Shown piece by piece: positions 11,000-24,346 of a stretch of 64,000 nucleotides of DNA. Origin of the DNA: Eledone cirrhosa (Eukaryota). Positions within the stretch are counted from its first letter, which is position 1. Each line of letters starts with the position of its first letter. Below the pieces are notes generated by a model, which was given only the letters and a program-made list of their open reading frames with translations, was not told the DNA's origin and did not search any database. The translations under genes were made by a program, and so were the position numbers. The stretch spans positions 123,938,001 through 124,002,000 of the forward strand of contig OZ024745.1 in assembly GCA_964016885.1 (NCBI GenBank), written 5' to 3'.

Positions 11000-11679
11000 A
11001 GATTTCTTTCTGTAATAGACAATCACATGACAGTCACACAGCCAGCATGGCATTTCACTTTCTTACAACCTAAAGTTTTGGCCCCTATTTCTGGTATAGC
11101 ATTATTTAAAACATTCATCAGATGCATACACACACACACTGTCTTGCTTCACCATCTTGCCCTGCTCTTTTATATTCATTTTCCTATACAACACAAAAAA
11201 ATAAAAATGCTATATTTGCATACAATATACAATCAAGTATATCACTACTTTCCCTAATATTCTGGCGTGTCTGTTAGACATATGTATGGATTCTCTTCTT
11301 AGCTATAAAGAAATTATCTAAGCATTTAACACCAGTGAGTTGCTAAGTACATGGTGTTAGACAGACTGTCTCTTCACCCAGACCTGTTGTTCTGTGCATC
11401 ATTTACAATTGACTTTGTTGGCACTTTACTTGCTTACTTTACAGTTTTGTCTTTACACTAGCTCTGCCACTTTGACAATTAATAACTGAATAACATCATG
11501 TTAGTAACACAAGAGATAAAATACATTCATTGACCAAGCAATTTCTATATTGATTCACACAGGCTCATGCATATATACGCCACATGACATACATAATACA
11601 TAGGCACTTGCATTACACTTCATATGTATATGTATACAGGATGTATAGTTAGACATATATTGAACATATACACAAACAC

Positions 11680-11694
11680 TTGTGTGTATGTGTG

Positions 11695-11768
<74 letters not shown>

Positions 11769-12020
11769 TATGTATGTATATATATATATGTATGTATATA
11801 TATATATGTGTGTGTGTGTATATATATATATATGTGTGTGTGTATATATATATGTATGTGTGTGTGTATATATATATATGTGTGTGTGTGTGTATATATA
11901 TATGTATGTGTGTATATATATATGTATGTGTGTATATATATATATATATATGTGTATGTGTATATATATATATGTGTATGTGTGTATATATATATGCATG
12001 TGTGTGTATGTATATATATA
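11680..12020. repeat. (TA)n/(TG)n compound microsatellite
   Basis: Direct inspection; similar tracts at 20280-20464, 21750-21930, 22905-23420, 25245-25715, 26920-27135, 50105-50545, 55395-55650. Confidence 0.95.
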
Positions 12021-13270
12021 CTAGATATGCTAAGACACCACACACACATGCAACATATTCATTTTCCATCTGCTTATCAATGACTTGAATAAAGAAGCCG
12101 TTATAGAAAGCATTTAGTGATTCTCTCGGAATTCAGTGGCTGATCAATACACCTTTGAATTAATAGCTCTTTGATGATGGCTCAAGAACATAGTATTCTG
12201 TGGAAATAATAGGCTCAACAGTGATCTAAATGCCTTTGGGATTTAGTACAGCACTATTTTCACATGAATATAAGATTTTTTTAATTTTATATTCCATTTT
12301 TATATCTGAATACAAAATATAGTAAGATAAAATATTTAAGATAAAAATAAAAATAAAACAAAAATGCAAATGGAAAATATAGCTTTTGTAATGATTGGTA
12401 AAAAGCATGATAGAAGCACCATTGAAAATTTCCTCTTCCAATTCTAAAGACCCGTTTAGTAGAGTTTTTGTTAAGATCAAATGAAAAACCTATCACAAAT
12501 TCCATTTAAGTTCCCACTTAAATTTGCATGCTTTAAAAGAGTTGTTACTTTGGTGAATCTGTCATGTTAATATCTAAAGATATTTGCTGAAATGGGTAGC
12601 AGTAGCACATTAGGTTTTGGAACAACTGCTAGGGTTACAGATACCTGAGTAATGAAAGAGCACTAGAAGGTTAAACATTATACTTTTGTATGAAGTTTCA
12701 AAAGGAATTTAGAAAAATCTGGATATTTTAGTTAAAGTTTCTAATTTTCCATAAAGTATGCATTAAAAATTGAAATGTCAAAATTTTGACATTTAGTTTT
12801 GTTTTGTTTTTTTATTGAAGCCTACTCCGAGTTATATATTTTTCTGGTGGTATTATCTTCTTTCAATCATCTATTTGTAATTTGACTTTTTGTCATTTGG
12901 AAACCAGGCAACATACTTGGTTCCTTCTCCATGTTTATCATAAGTCTGTTCACAGAAACTGTTTAGACATGGTTTGAACTTGATGAGACAAAACACAAAA
13001 CTGTTACATCAAACATCTCATTGTCAGGGAAGCAGATGATGATGATAATATATACTTTTATTGTCTAGTCAGGGAGGAAAGAGCAACTATGTGATTTGAG
13101 AGGTATTTGGCTGCAATTTTTAGGAGATTAAGCAACTATATAGAAGTCTCTTTATTGTGAGGTTTCTCAACGTTCTTTGTCCTGTTCACCTCATGGCAAC
13201 GTTTTGAAAGTAAATTTACACCTATCCTGTTTTGTTCGGTGATTTGAGTTTACATCTTGCCTGTATTATA

Positions 13271-13462
13271 TGGATTGGCAGTATCGGTAGAGGGTCGGAC
13301 GCCATGCTTTGACACATAGAGTTACCGCCCTTGTCATTCTAAGTTCAAATCCCGCCGAGGTTAACTTTGCCTTTCATCCTTATGGGGTCGATAAATTAAA
13401 ATACCAGTGATACACTGGGATAATTGCTGGCCTTGTGCCAAAAGTAGAAACAATTATATTAT
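13271..13462 (+). mobile_element. SINE family A
   Basis: Matches 178-372. Confidence 0.9.
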
Positions 13463-14585
13463 ATTGTTTTGAATTTTACCATTTTAAGTTCAAATGATAA
13501 TAGTAGCACAAAACAATGTTACTTTCTTCTGAACAAACTATTGATAGATGCCAGTTATAAGAATAATAAGTCATTGTGGACACATCAGTTGATGAGACTC
13601 ATACAGATTATTAAGTCCTAAACAGTAAAAAGAAAACAAATCAGTATTTTAATAAATGAAATAGGCCTACTTCAAATTTTCTTCTCAACTTGAGGTTTTT
13701 AATTATAATTGGAAAAATATACATACAAATCAAGAATGAACAGATTTGTAATTATTGGCTTGAATTTATAGTATTTCCAACTATTGATCGAAACTATGGT
13801 GTTGCAGAATATTTTTCCTGTAATCTAGAATGTTTGTCTCTCCTCGGTGTGTATGTGTGTCTGTATAACCACATAAGTTCATTATATAGTTTATAGATAA
13901 AGCTACCGTTTCATTTTATCTTATGGAAATAGTAAAATATAGTGATGTTTTTGTTAATCAAATAAAACTATAGAAAATTGCTGGATTAGTATTCAAACAG
14001 GCCTAAGCTTGCTTTGAATGTGATAAGTTTAGTAAATATCAGCTTGTAACTGAATCTGCACAATATTTAATAAAAGTCAATGATGTGGTAGTTTCAATAT
14101 CAACATGACTTGTAGTCATGTAGTGTTTTGTGTTAACAAGTAACACCAGCAGCTGAAGTTTGTGTTCTGACAGAGATTAAATAGGACATAAAAGGAAACA
14201 GTATTGTTGTTCTATTGATTAACTGTTTAATTATTCATGTACAGTTGAATTATATCCATAGCTCTTATAAATGTCAATATGTTATTTACCACCTGTAGAT
14301 AATAAAGTGAGACTTTGTTTATCTTTTTGGTTACACTACTTAGGATACACTAAACATACACAAAACAAAAAATGTTTTCCACTGGAATATATACAAGTAG
14401 GTTTTTTTTTTCTGTTTGTTTTCATTTTAACAAACAAAAAAACTTAGTAAAATACAACTTGTTACTTTTTTCTAAATACTATAAAGCTAAAATATAATTT
14501 TGTTCAGTTTATTGAATGGCTGATTTTTTTTAAATACCAAATCACCTGAAACTACCCCTGGTTCTATGATAGAAAACTGTTCATT

Positions 14586-14757
14586 TTATCCCTTTAGCAT
14601 TTAAACCAGCCATATCCACCCAGGAAATTCTCTTACCCCTTTCTGTTCAAATTGGCTGTAACCAGCCACTCATATTGATGTTAAGGTATTGTTCTCAAAA
14701 TAATAACATGTGGGGTATAATAATAAATATAGAGTAATGTAAATGTTAAAGGAATAA
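14586..14757 (-). mobile_element. piggyBac-like MITE family B
   Basis: TIR remnants, reverse orientation. Confidence 0.8.
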
Positions 14758-14789
14758 AATATAATTTTTTCAGTTGATTGAATGACTGA

Positions 14790-15033
14790 TTCTTTGGATA
14801 CCAAATCACCTGGTTCTATGATATAAAACTGTTCATTTTAAACTGTTTATACTTAGGTAAAAACCTTCCATCATAATTTTATGCAAAATTGTTTGTTATT
14901 TTGTGTTGTGAACACCTTAATAATTGTTTGAAAGTTATTTTACTAAATCTCTCCAAATTTTTGATTATTTTCAAAATTATTTGAAAATCATAGGCCATAT
15001 TTTTCATTAGAAATATGGCATTGGAAAGTTAAA
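14790..15033 (+). mobile_element. MITE family C
   Basis: gataccaaatcacctg ... attagaaatatggcattggaaagttaa. Confidence 0.7.
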
Positions 15034-15355
15034 CAATTACTAGCTTAACAACATTAACACCACCACCTGACTGTTGAGTACCTTTAGTGAATGTCACTCT
15101 GTTCTAAGCATTCAAGCAAGGTCATTAGTTAAGGATACTGTCCTCCTCCTCACCACCACCACCACTACCAGTTTCAGAGACCCTCAAAAGATAAAGGATC
15201 ATTAGGTCTGCCCTTCCCCCTGACTAGGTGATAAAAAAGTACAACTTCTGGTATGTGAACAGGCAGTTCCATTCCTATTATGTTTGTTGGGTTTTAAGAA
15301 ATACTAGAAATACTGTCTCCTCTCCCTCTCTCTATGTCTCTCTTTCAATCTACTC

Positions 15356-16520
15356 TCTCACTTGTATCCGAGCAGCAGCCAAGGGGATATGCAACGTCAA
15401 GTTTGACGACATAGGGTGGCAACAGGCCACTTTACCGGTCAGGTATGGTGGCCTAGGCCTCCGGTCTCCGATCTCACTAGCTTTGCTGGCGTATCTTTCG
15501 TCGGTAACCTCGTGCCGCATCCTCGTCAGCAGGGTTCTTCGAAACACAACAGAACCCTCTGTGTTCAGAGAACGTGAGGCCGTCTGTGAGATGTGGGACC
15601 GGCTGGGACTTAGCCCAGTAGACGTCCCTCCTCCTTCTCCCCCTGTTGACGTCAAGTCCCCCCAATGCACTTGGGATGCCATCCAGTGCAGCCTGGCCTC
15701 AGACAGGCTCACGCGCCAGCTCGAACAGCACCGCCTTACTTGTTTTCGTGCGGCCTCCAAACCCCACAGCGGTGCCTGGCTCCATGCTCTGCCCTCCTTC
15801 TCCACTGGCACGCAGCTAGACAACCATAGCCTGCGAATCAGCGTTTCCCTGAGGCTCAGCCTCCGGATCTGCCAGCCACACCAATATCGCTGCGGTTCCA
15901 CCGTGGACTCTTCCGGCCTCCACCCGCTTTCCTGTCGCCACAGTGCCGGCCGCATTCCACGCCATACTGCCCTCAACGAGGTCATTAAGCATGGCTTGGA
16001 CGCTGCAGGCTTCCCTTCCCAGCTCGAGCCGGTGGGGCTGGATCGAGGGGACGGCAAAAGGCCAGATGGCATGACCATCTTCCCGTTCCGCGGTGGAAAA
16101 CCCCTCGTCTGGGATGCCACTTGCACTGACACTTTCTGCAGCCACAACCTGGTGCAGTCTGCGACTGACCCAGGTTCTGCTGCACGTCGGGCTGAGGGGG
16201 CCAAACTCCTCAAATACCGGTCGCTCTCCGACAGGTTTGCGGTCGTTCCCCTGGCAGTGGAAACTTCTGGTGTCCTCGGCCCCAGGGCTACCTCCTTACT
16301 CACCACCATAGGCGCTGAGTTGGCCAGCCGCAGGTGTGAGCCCCGCGAGTTGGAGTGGCTTTTTCAGCGCGTCTCCCTTGCCGTCCTCGGGGGAAACGCC
16401 TTCTCCATTCTGTCCGCCAGGGCTGTGGGTGGGCCCCATCTCGTACCAATACATTAGTTAAATACCATTCTTTCATCTCAACAATACTACCTCATCTACC
16501 ACTAACAGAAGCACCCACCA
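15356..16520 (+). mobile_element. 5'-truncated CRE-clade non-LTR retrotransposon
   Basis: Abrupt GC-rich block between TC-rich tracts, carrying the RT C-terminal region, zinc knuckle and REL endonuclease motifs. Confidence 0.85.
15360..16457 (+). CDS. C-terminal part of CRE-type polyprotein (post-RT region, zinc knuckle, restriction-like endonuclease)
   Basis: WQQATLPVRYGGLGLRS; SGAWLHALP; YRCG..H.LSC (first Cys appears replaced by Tyr); GRIPRH; KRPDG; WDATCTD; E.AK..KY; PLAVETSG.LG; no stops. Confidence 0.85.
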   Translation, partial: TCIRAAAKGICNVKFDDIGWQQATLPVRYGGLGLRSPISLALLAYLSSVTSCRILVSRVLRNTTEPSVFREREAVCEMWDRLGLSPVDVPPPSPPVDVKSPQCTWDAIQCSLASDRLTRQLEQHRLTCFRAASKPHSGAWLHALPSFSTGTQLDNHSLRISVSLRLSLRICQPHQYRCGSTVDSSGLHPLSCRHSAGRIPRHTALNEVIKHGLDAAGFPSQLEPVGLDRGDGKRPDGMTIFPFRGGKPLVWDATCTDTFCSHNLVQSATDPGSAARRAEGAKLLKYRSLSDRFAVVPLAVETSGVLGPRATSLLTTIGAELASRRCEPRELEWLFQRVSLAVLGGNAFSILSARAVGGPHLVPIH

Positions 16521-16760
16521 CTATCTCTTTCTCTCTATCCTTCTCTCTCTCTCTGTTTATGAAGGTACCTGGAAAAACCCCATATCTCGGGAACCTATCC
16601 TCCGATTTATGCGAAACTTGTTTAATTCCATTTGTGTTCGCATTTCGGGGTCAACTTCTTTTCCTAGTATTTTCCCATTATGCACCCCCTTTTAGGTGTA
16701 TTACAGTACAGACAAAAAGCAAGCAATCACATGTTTTAGTTATATATAGATAGATAGATT
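16520..16760. mobile_element. Possible Helitron/Helentron-type non-autonomous fragment
   Basis: Microsatellite followed by atatctcgggaacc..ccgattt..gaaactt, resembling the core of the 24347-24861 element. Confidence 0.35.
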
Positions 16761-17113
16761 AAGCCAATAGAAACAACTTCTATTTGATAGGTAAGAAGTG
16801 TTAATATATTTAATAAAGTGAGCATTGAAGCACTAACTAGTAATAGTTATAGGGTGGGGGGTGGTATTAGTCAATAACTAATGTTATTCTTTTGCTTTTT
16901 CTGGCAAGTAAAGGAAATAGTTCCATTCATGTTTTTGTCAGGTTTTAACTTCTTCAGTGAGGGATGAATCACTAAATAAAAGAATATATAGTTATATACA
17001 TATATATAATTATCCTTTTGCTGTCAAAATGGCAAAAGCTCAAACGTCGAGCACTAACTATTTACAATACCAACACATATGTGATCAATCAGCTCAAGGT
17101 TCGATATGTTTAT

Positions 17114-17593
17114 ATCATCATCATCATCATCATCATCATCATCGTTTAACGTCCATTTTCCATGCTAGCATGGGTCTGGATGGGAATTGTCCCACTTGAG
17201 GCAAGATTGGTTGTCTTACTCAGGACTATCTGGCGGATTTTCTACAGCTGGATTCCCTTCCTAACACCAACCACGTTTACAGTATGGACTGGGAGGTTTT
17301 TACCGTGTTACCTACACGGCCACATTACAGCATGGACTGTGTGTTTTTTTGTCGTGCCACCTACACGACCTCATTTATTTAGGACTGGATGTTGTGGTAC
17401 CAACATAGCTTTACATTGAAAGGGGTGGTGTAGATGGCGGTGTGGGTAGGGTTAGTGGGACGGGGGTGTATTTTGGTTATGAGGTGCCTACTGACTAGGT
17501 TTCGCTTTGTACTGTATTACTGCGTAGCGCCAAAGATCTCGATCCAGTGACATTGTCTTGGAGAGGTGTAAGTATGTGAGGTCGGATTTTATC
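17114..17593 (-). mobile_element. 5'-truncated RTE (family 1-related subfamily)
   Basis: IKSDLTYLHLSKTMSLDRDLWRYAVIQ C-terminus, 3' UTR repeats, (GAT)n tail; tail matches 37824-38066. Confidence 0.85.
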
Positions 17594-17897
17594 AATATAT
17601 ATATATGTGTGTGTGTGTGTATGTGTATATATATGTATATATATGTGTGTGTGTGTTATAACATTGATGGGAAATAAAACCAAATACTGTAAAAAGAAAA
17701 TTTCTAAAGTACACCCATTTTATATTGAATTTTTGTTTGATTTTCTTTCCATTATTTTGTAATTTGTTTTCCAATTCAGTACAATAAAAAAAAAACATTG
17801 TTTAATGATGAATGAAGATACTAATTAAACCCCTATAATTCACAATCATCAATATTTCTATATAAACTGCTATTTACTTTAGGAAGATGTAATTTCT

Positions 17898-18116
17898 TTA
17901 GCCCTTTAGCATTTAAACTGGCCACATCTGGCCAGAATTCTCTCACCTTTTTCTGTTCCAACCGGCCATGACCAGCCACTCATACTGACATTAGGGTATT
18001 GTTCTCAAAATGAATATCATCATCATCATCGGAATCTTGTAGATTCCATATTATGTGAGATAAAGCCTTTGCCATGAACATATAATAGTAGATTAATGTA
18101 AATGCTAAAGGGTTAA
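17898..18116 (-). mobile_element. piggyBac-like MITE family B
   Basis: TIRs, TTAA. Confidence 0.9.
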
Positions 18117-18392
18117 GGTATGACATTACACAAAATATAAAATAAACAATGAAATGTGCAAATTAATACACTTCTTAAAAACAGAATGTTTGATTTTTAT
18201 TAATTCACTTTTATCATAAATAGACTTTCAATGTACTTAAGTTTAAATATTCCCTTTTTCAATTTTCCACTAACAAATTGCCTTTTGATAGCTTTTTAGA
18301 CTTTATAAATGAGAAATTGTAATAAACCTGGAGAAATGCATAAATAAATTTATGTGTACAAATGTAAAGGATTAATAGTGTTCAGAAGCAGT

Positions 18393-18590
18393 TTAACCCT
18401 TTACCATTTACATTACACTATATATACTATTATATTTTATCTCTCATGATATTAAGTCAATAAGATTTTGATTTTGATTTTGAGAACAATACATTAACAT
18501 CAGTATGAGTAGCCAGTTACAGCCAGTTTAAACAAAAAGAAGTGAAAGAATTCTGGCTGGATACGGTCGCTTTAATGGCTAAAGGGTTAA
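18393..18590 (+). mobile_element. piggyBac-like MITE family B
   Basis: TIRs, TTAA at both ends. Confidence 0.9.
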
Positions 18591-18778
18591 TGAGTGAATA
18601 TAATGGCTACAAAACATTATACAGCAAACCTTGGACATGATTTTAAAAGAATAGTTTTTTCTTAAATGTATGTATAACACATATATATTACTGTGTAATA
18701 TTTAGAATTATTTCTAGATTTTATTTACAAGTTTGTTTACAGGAGTATATAGTGGAAAAATAGCTCTTGTTTACATCA

Positions 18779-18980
18779 CTAACCCTTTAGCATTTACATT
18801 ACTCTATGTTTACTATTGTATTTTCGCAGTAAAGGCTTTATCTCACATAATATTGAATCTTCAAGATTTTGATATTATTTATTTTGAGAACAATACCTTA
18901 ACATAAGTATGAGCAGCCGGTTACAGCTGGTTTGAACAGAAAGAGGTGATACAATTCTGGCCAGATACGGCCGGTTTAAG
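18779..18980 (+). mobile_element. piggyBac-like MITE family B (3' TIR lost)
   Basis: ctaaccctttagcattta start. Confidence 0.85.
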
Positions 18981-20302
18981 CCTATAGTAAAATTAGTTTC
19001 ATATTATTTTGCTTTACTTAAAGTTGCATTTCCCAAGAATATATCAATGACATTAAGTGAGGACTGTCTTGTGTATTACTGCTTAATAACATATCCATGA
19101 CCTGCATGTATGTATTATACATATGTTAATTGTTATATACAACAATTGGGGATAAAAAAATTATAGATTTTGTACATGTATGTACATGTGCATGCAATCC
19201 ATAACATATGTGTATGTGTTTGTATATACATATGCACACATGCTTGTGTGTATTTGTGCGTAAATGTTCAAATACACACACACAAATATATATTGTGAAA
19301 TATTTAGAAAAATTATATAACATAATTACATTGCTATATGAAAAGGTTTTTTTTTGTTTTTCTTTCTATTCACTGTTGTGTGAATGATACCACTATATGG
19401 AGGTGTGTTGCAATCACACAATCCTCTGAAGGAGGCAAATTTATATCGAAGGTGGTTCAGATTGCTATGAGAGTCTTTGCTTTTTTTTTCCTAAGTGGCA
19501 CACAGCCTTTGGCATACTGCCCACTGCAACACTACACTACCATATAGAGAAGGTTTTGTTACAAACAACAGCCTAGTTGCTTTAACACCACACTTGAGCC
19601 ATTTAGCAGTGAAGGAGTATGTATGCTGCCATTGCTACAGCTACTGGTGCTTTGCCAAACCATATTACAGGGTGCCTTTGCTTAGTTTGTAAAGAGAACA
19701 TATTAAATTGTTGGATCTATTGTTAATAAGAAAGTGAGAAGTAGTTTCTGGAACAAAAGCAGCATGTGTAGTTGTCGGTGATGTGTGTTGATAAAGAGAA
19801 AAATGATCTTTTGTCTGCTTGGCCTCTCACTGGAACACTTCAGTCTTAACAAAATAAACCACTTATTATGTGATTTGTTTTTTTCTGGTTGGCTGTTTAT
19901 GGTTTTGCATCTTTACCAGCTGCAGGTTTGCATGCTAATGAGTGCAACATTGCTGCTGCATAAATAAGCATGAATGTTATTGCTTGACCGTAAAATTCAT
20001 GGCATGCAGGCATGCAGGTTTTCTCACACACACTCAGAGAAGTGGGGAAAAGGGGAGGAAGAGAGAGAGAGAGAAGCTTTCTCCAAGACTTTCTTTCTTC
20101 ACTACTTATATGATAAGGTACATGTACAATCTATACAAAAATAACACACACACATACACACATATGTATGTATGTATAAAATGATGTGGTAGTAGTTATA
20201 TAAAACTAGAGACAAGTGTATAGTTGTATAGTGAGATACATCTCCAATTATCAGTGGAATTATGTAATTATATTCATGAATATATATATATATGAGTGTG
20301 TG

Positions 20303-20464
<162 letters not shown>

Positions 20465-21749
20465 CAGTGTGCGGACGATATTTGTTCGTAAGATTACTGT
20501 CTAGGAAAAAATAACACAGTAGTTTTATTTTTTAAGATATATTTATCAAACTTGGGTCAGTTTGTCTTCATGACTTGTTCTTTCGATCTCACTCGATAAA
20601 CCTGCCTTTGGCTTTGATGACGGCCTCAAGCCGACCTCGGAACCGGCTACAGGCCTTCGTCACTGTCCCCCGACTTAGGCCCCTAAAGGCACTTGTGATC
20701 CTGGCCTTCAGATCGTCTTTCGTATTGCAGCTAGATCTGTTGGTATCTCATTCCACTGCGCCCCACACTAAGAAGTCGAGGGGGTTGAAGTCAGGCGAGA
20801 TGGGACCAGATGTCAGGTGAAGTGTTGTCGACGAAGTTCTCTGACAGCCAGGCTTGGGTCTTTCGGCTGGTATGGCAGGGCGCTGAGTCTTGCTGCCACA
20901 CGTATGGCCTACCTGCAGCTACCTGATTGATCCAGGGCTTTACTACCTCACTCAGAACGCGGATGTAGCCATGGGTGTTCAGCTTGAGGCCCTCAGGGAA
21001 GAAGTGAGGTGGCATGACATCACCTTGACTGCTGACGACACCTAAGACCAATGTTATTGCTAGTCTGCATGACTCTGAGCACGTCTTTGGATGAGATAGC
21101 GAGCCACCTGTTGTTCTGGGAGTTGATCTTCTGGTCTTAGCAGAAGTTTTTCTTGTTAGAGAAAAACCACAGCATGTGGTTGTTTCTACTTGTTGATCAG
21201 CTTCTTTGCGTGCTTCAGTCGCTTTTCTTGCATCGCCTTTGACAGAAGTTGTCCTTTCCTCATCTTGTATGAAACGTAGCGAATGTCTTCATGTACCACC
21301 AGCTTAATGAGCTTTTCATCCACGCCTTTCTCCCTTGCAATGGCACGCATTGACTTGCTAGGTTCATTGTTGTGATATCCTGAACTTCAGCGACGAACTC
21401 GGGCGTTCTGAAGGCGTCAGATCGTTGACCATGTGTTTTCCTCTCTGATGTTGCTTCGTAATCAAATCCTGAATCTTCCAATTCCTTTCTGACCTTTTCC
21501 ACCATTCTCCTGCTGACGCTGAGAAAGTCTGAAATTTCCTTATTTGTCCTCCCGGCATGGATTCCAAGAAGAATTCTGTGTCTCTTCCACAAATTTGGAG
21601 GTTCAAAATTATTCATAATCAATTATTCTAAAAATAAATAATGGAAATATAGTCACTGTTTTTATGAGGACAAGAGTGACAACGGAAGTAAAAAAAATTT
21701 ACATAAAATTAGCAGTTGAAAATTTTGAACAAATATCGTCCACACCCTG
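20465..21749 (-). mobile_element. Full-length Tc1/mariner element, DD37D (maT) family
   Basis: TIR CAG(T/G)GTG(C/T)GGACGATATTTGTTC, TA TSD inside (TA)n, ~1.29 kb. Confidence 0.9.
20589..21616 (-). pseudogene. Frameshifted DD37D transposase
   Basis: N-terminal HTH (GRTNKEISDFL..SRRMVEKV), VWQQDSAPCH, SPDFNPLDF; spacing is D37D after restoring a 2-nt deletion in WPPxSPD; several frameshifts and stops. Confidence 0.85.
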
Positions 21750-21823
21750 TATGTATATATGTATATATATATATGTATGTATATATATATATGTATATAT
21801 ATATATATGTATATATATATATG

Positions 21824-21889
<66 letters not shown>

Positions 21890-21930
21890 CATATATGTAT
21901 ATATATATATATATGTATGTGTATATATAT

Positions 21931-22330
21931 ATCATCATCATTTTACGTCCACTTGTCACGGTCCTTCGTCATCTCCACCGTGAGCTTCAGCGATCTGAGG
22001 TCTGTTCTCACCACCTCCGCCCATGTTTTTCGTGGTCTACCTCTACCACGTCTTCCTTCAACTGGCATTTCCTGGCACTTCTTCACCCAGCGGTCATCCT
22101 CCATGCGCATCACATGTCCATACCACCTCAGTCTCCTCTCCCGTACACTACATTCTATCCCTCTCAGACACAGTTTCTCTCTCAACACATTCATGCTGGG
22201 TCGTTCACGCACATTTACACTGCACATCCAATGGAGCATGCTTGCCTCATTTCTCTCCAGCCGTCGCATATCCTCTGCAGTTGCTGCCCATGTCTCACTA
22301 CCATGCAGCATCGCGCTCCTCACACAGGCA
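21931..22330 (-). mobile_element. 5'-truncated RTE family 2
   Basis: [32 protein letters not shown], (GAT)n tail; matches 41245-41600. Confidence 0.9.
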
Positions 22331-22333
22331 TAA

Positions 22334-22366
<33 letters not shown>

Positions 22367-22374
22367 AGTATATT

Positions 22375-22423
<49 letters not shown>

Positions 22424-23022
22424 TCAATTAGTTTTGGGTGCTTTATATATTAGTGTATTAGAGGAATTGTAATGTAGTAATATTTGTGGTTTGCAAAAAA
22501 AAGGTTTTAGCGTAGTAATTGAAACCATTCCAAATATTCTAGTTACAACTGTACCATTCACTTAGCCACAATATTGTGTTATTTGTGTTCTATGAGCCAT
22601 GGGGGGGAAAAAAGATTAATTCTACATTACCAAATACTTAATTCATTGATCAGAGAGGCTAAAATCAACAGAAAAATCACAGGAAGTATTTCATTGTGTT
22701 AAATATACCATAAATCCAGCATGCTTTTGTTTACACCAAATTCAGTATAATAATAATGATGATGATGATGATGATAAATAATTATGACTTGTAATACAAC
22801 ATGGGTGTGAGTAGAATGGAGAGATGCTGTACTGAAAAGGACTTGGCCAACTCATGCAAGTGTAGAATAATTGAGGTTAAAACGATGATGTTGATGGTGA
22901 TGATGAATGTGTGTGTATATACATATGTATGTGTGTGTGTATATATATATATATATGTGTGTGTATGTATTATATATATATGTATATGTGTGTATGTATT
23001 ATATATATATATGTGTATGTAT

Positions 23023-23055
<33 letters not shown>

Positions 23056-23201
23056 CTTATACATATATATATGTGTGTGTCTATATATTCACATACACAC
23101 ATTCACATACACACGCTCACACACACATATATATACACACACACACCCACATCAACAAATTGAAAGGAATAGTGCAATAAAACCAGGTATATATATGTGT
23201 G

Positions 23202-23269
<68 letters not shown>

Positions 23270-23329
23270 TCAACAAATTGAAAGGAATAGTGCAATAAAA
23301 CCAGGTATATATATGTATATATATGTGTG

Positions 23330-23369
<40 letters not shown>

Positions 23370-23382
23370 CATACATACACAC

Positions 23383-23424
<42 letters not shown>

Positions 23425-23699
23425 CTACATCAATCAATAGTGCAACCAAAGCAGGTTTGTTTAAAAGCTGCATTTTCTGGCTGGAGCAAATGGATTCTCA
23501 CAGCTTTGCTCCATTAATTTCATCAATGGTTGAAGTTATTTACTGTAAATAGTTGATATCTCTATGAAACCCAATAACTCAAATTACCAAGTCATTATTG
23601 TTTTAATCACTTGCTTAGGTGACATGTGATATCAACTTAATAACTACTAAACTCAAACTAGAATTGGAACAATATCAAACATGCCGGTTTTTTGGGTAC

Positions 23700-24200
23700 A
23701 TCACCACCACTACCATTACCACCACTACCACCTCCACCACCACCACTACCACCACCACCTCTACCAACAACAACCACCACCAACAACCACCACCACTACT
23801 ACCACCAACAACAACAACCACCACCACAACCACCACCAACAACCACCACCACTACTACCACCACCAACAACAACCACCACCATACCACCACCACCACTAC
23901 TACCAACAACAACAACCACCACCACTACCACCAACAACAACAACCACCACCAACAACAACAACCACCACCACCAACAACAACCACCACCACTACCACTAC
24001 CACCAACAACAACCACCACCACCACTACCACCAACAACAACCACCACCACTAACAACAACCACCACCACCACCATTAACAACAACCACCACTACCACTAC
24101 CATCACCACCATCATGACTACCACCAACATGACCACCACCACCAACAACAACGACAACAACATCACGACCATCATCATCATCGTTATCACTATCAATGTC
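23700..24200. repeat. (CAC/CAA/TAC/CAT)n trinucleotide low-complexity tract
   Basis: Direct inspection; open in all frames because of composition. Confidence 0.95.
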
Positions 24201-24346
24201 ATCATTAACTTAACCATCATTACCTTCATTGTTTATGCTTGTATGGATTGGGATGAGAGTTCTGAGGCTGGTTCTCAATGGCCAGATGCTCTTACTAACT
24301 CCAACTCATACCTCAATTGTTTTGTTTTTGTTATAAGTATTGTATA

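Noticed and set aside
11555-12088. Overlapping YI/HT/CV ORFs (also near 20.3, 21.7, 23, 25.5, 27 and 55.4 kb)
   Set aside because: Translations of TA/CA microsatellites.
15350-16309. 319-aa antisense ORF over the CRE fragment
   Set aside because: Probably a shadow of GC-rich sense codons; no recognisable motifs.
19380-20040. Moderately GC-rich stretch, possible exon or hAT remnant
   Set aside because: No consistent frame, TIR or TSD could be established.
23619-24208. Poly-T/H/P/Q ORFs resembling mucin or His-rich proteins
   Set aside because: Open in all three frames because of the trinucleotide tract; no splice or domain support.
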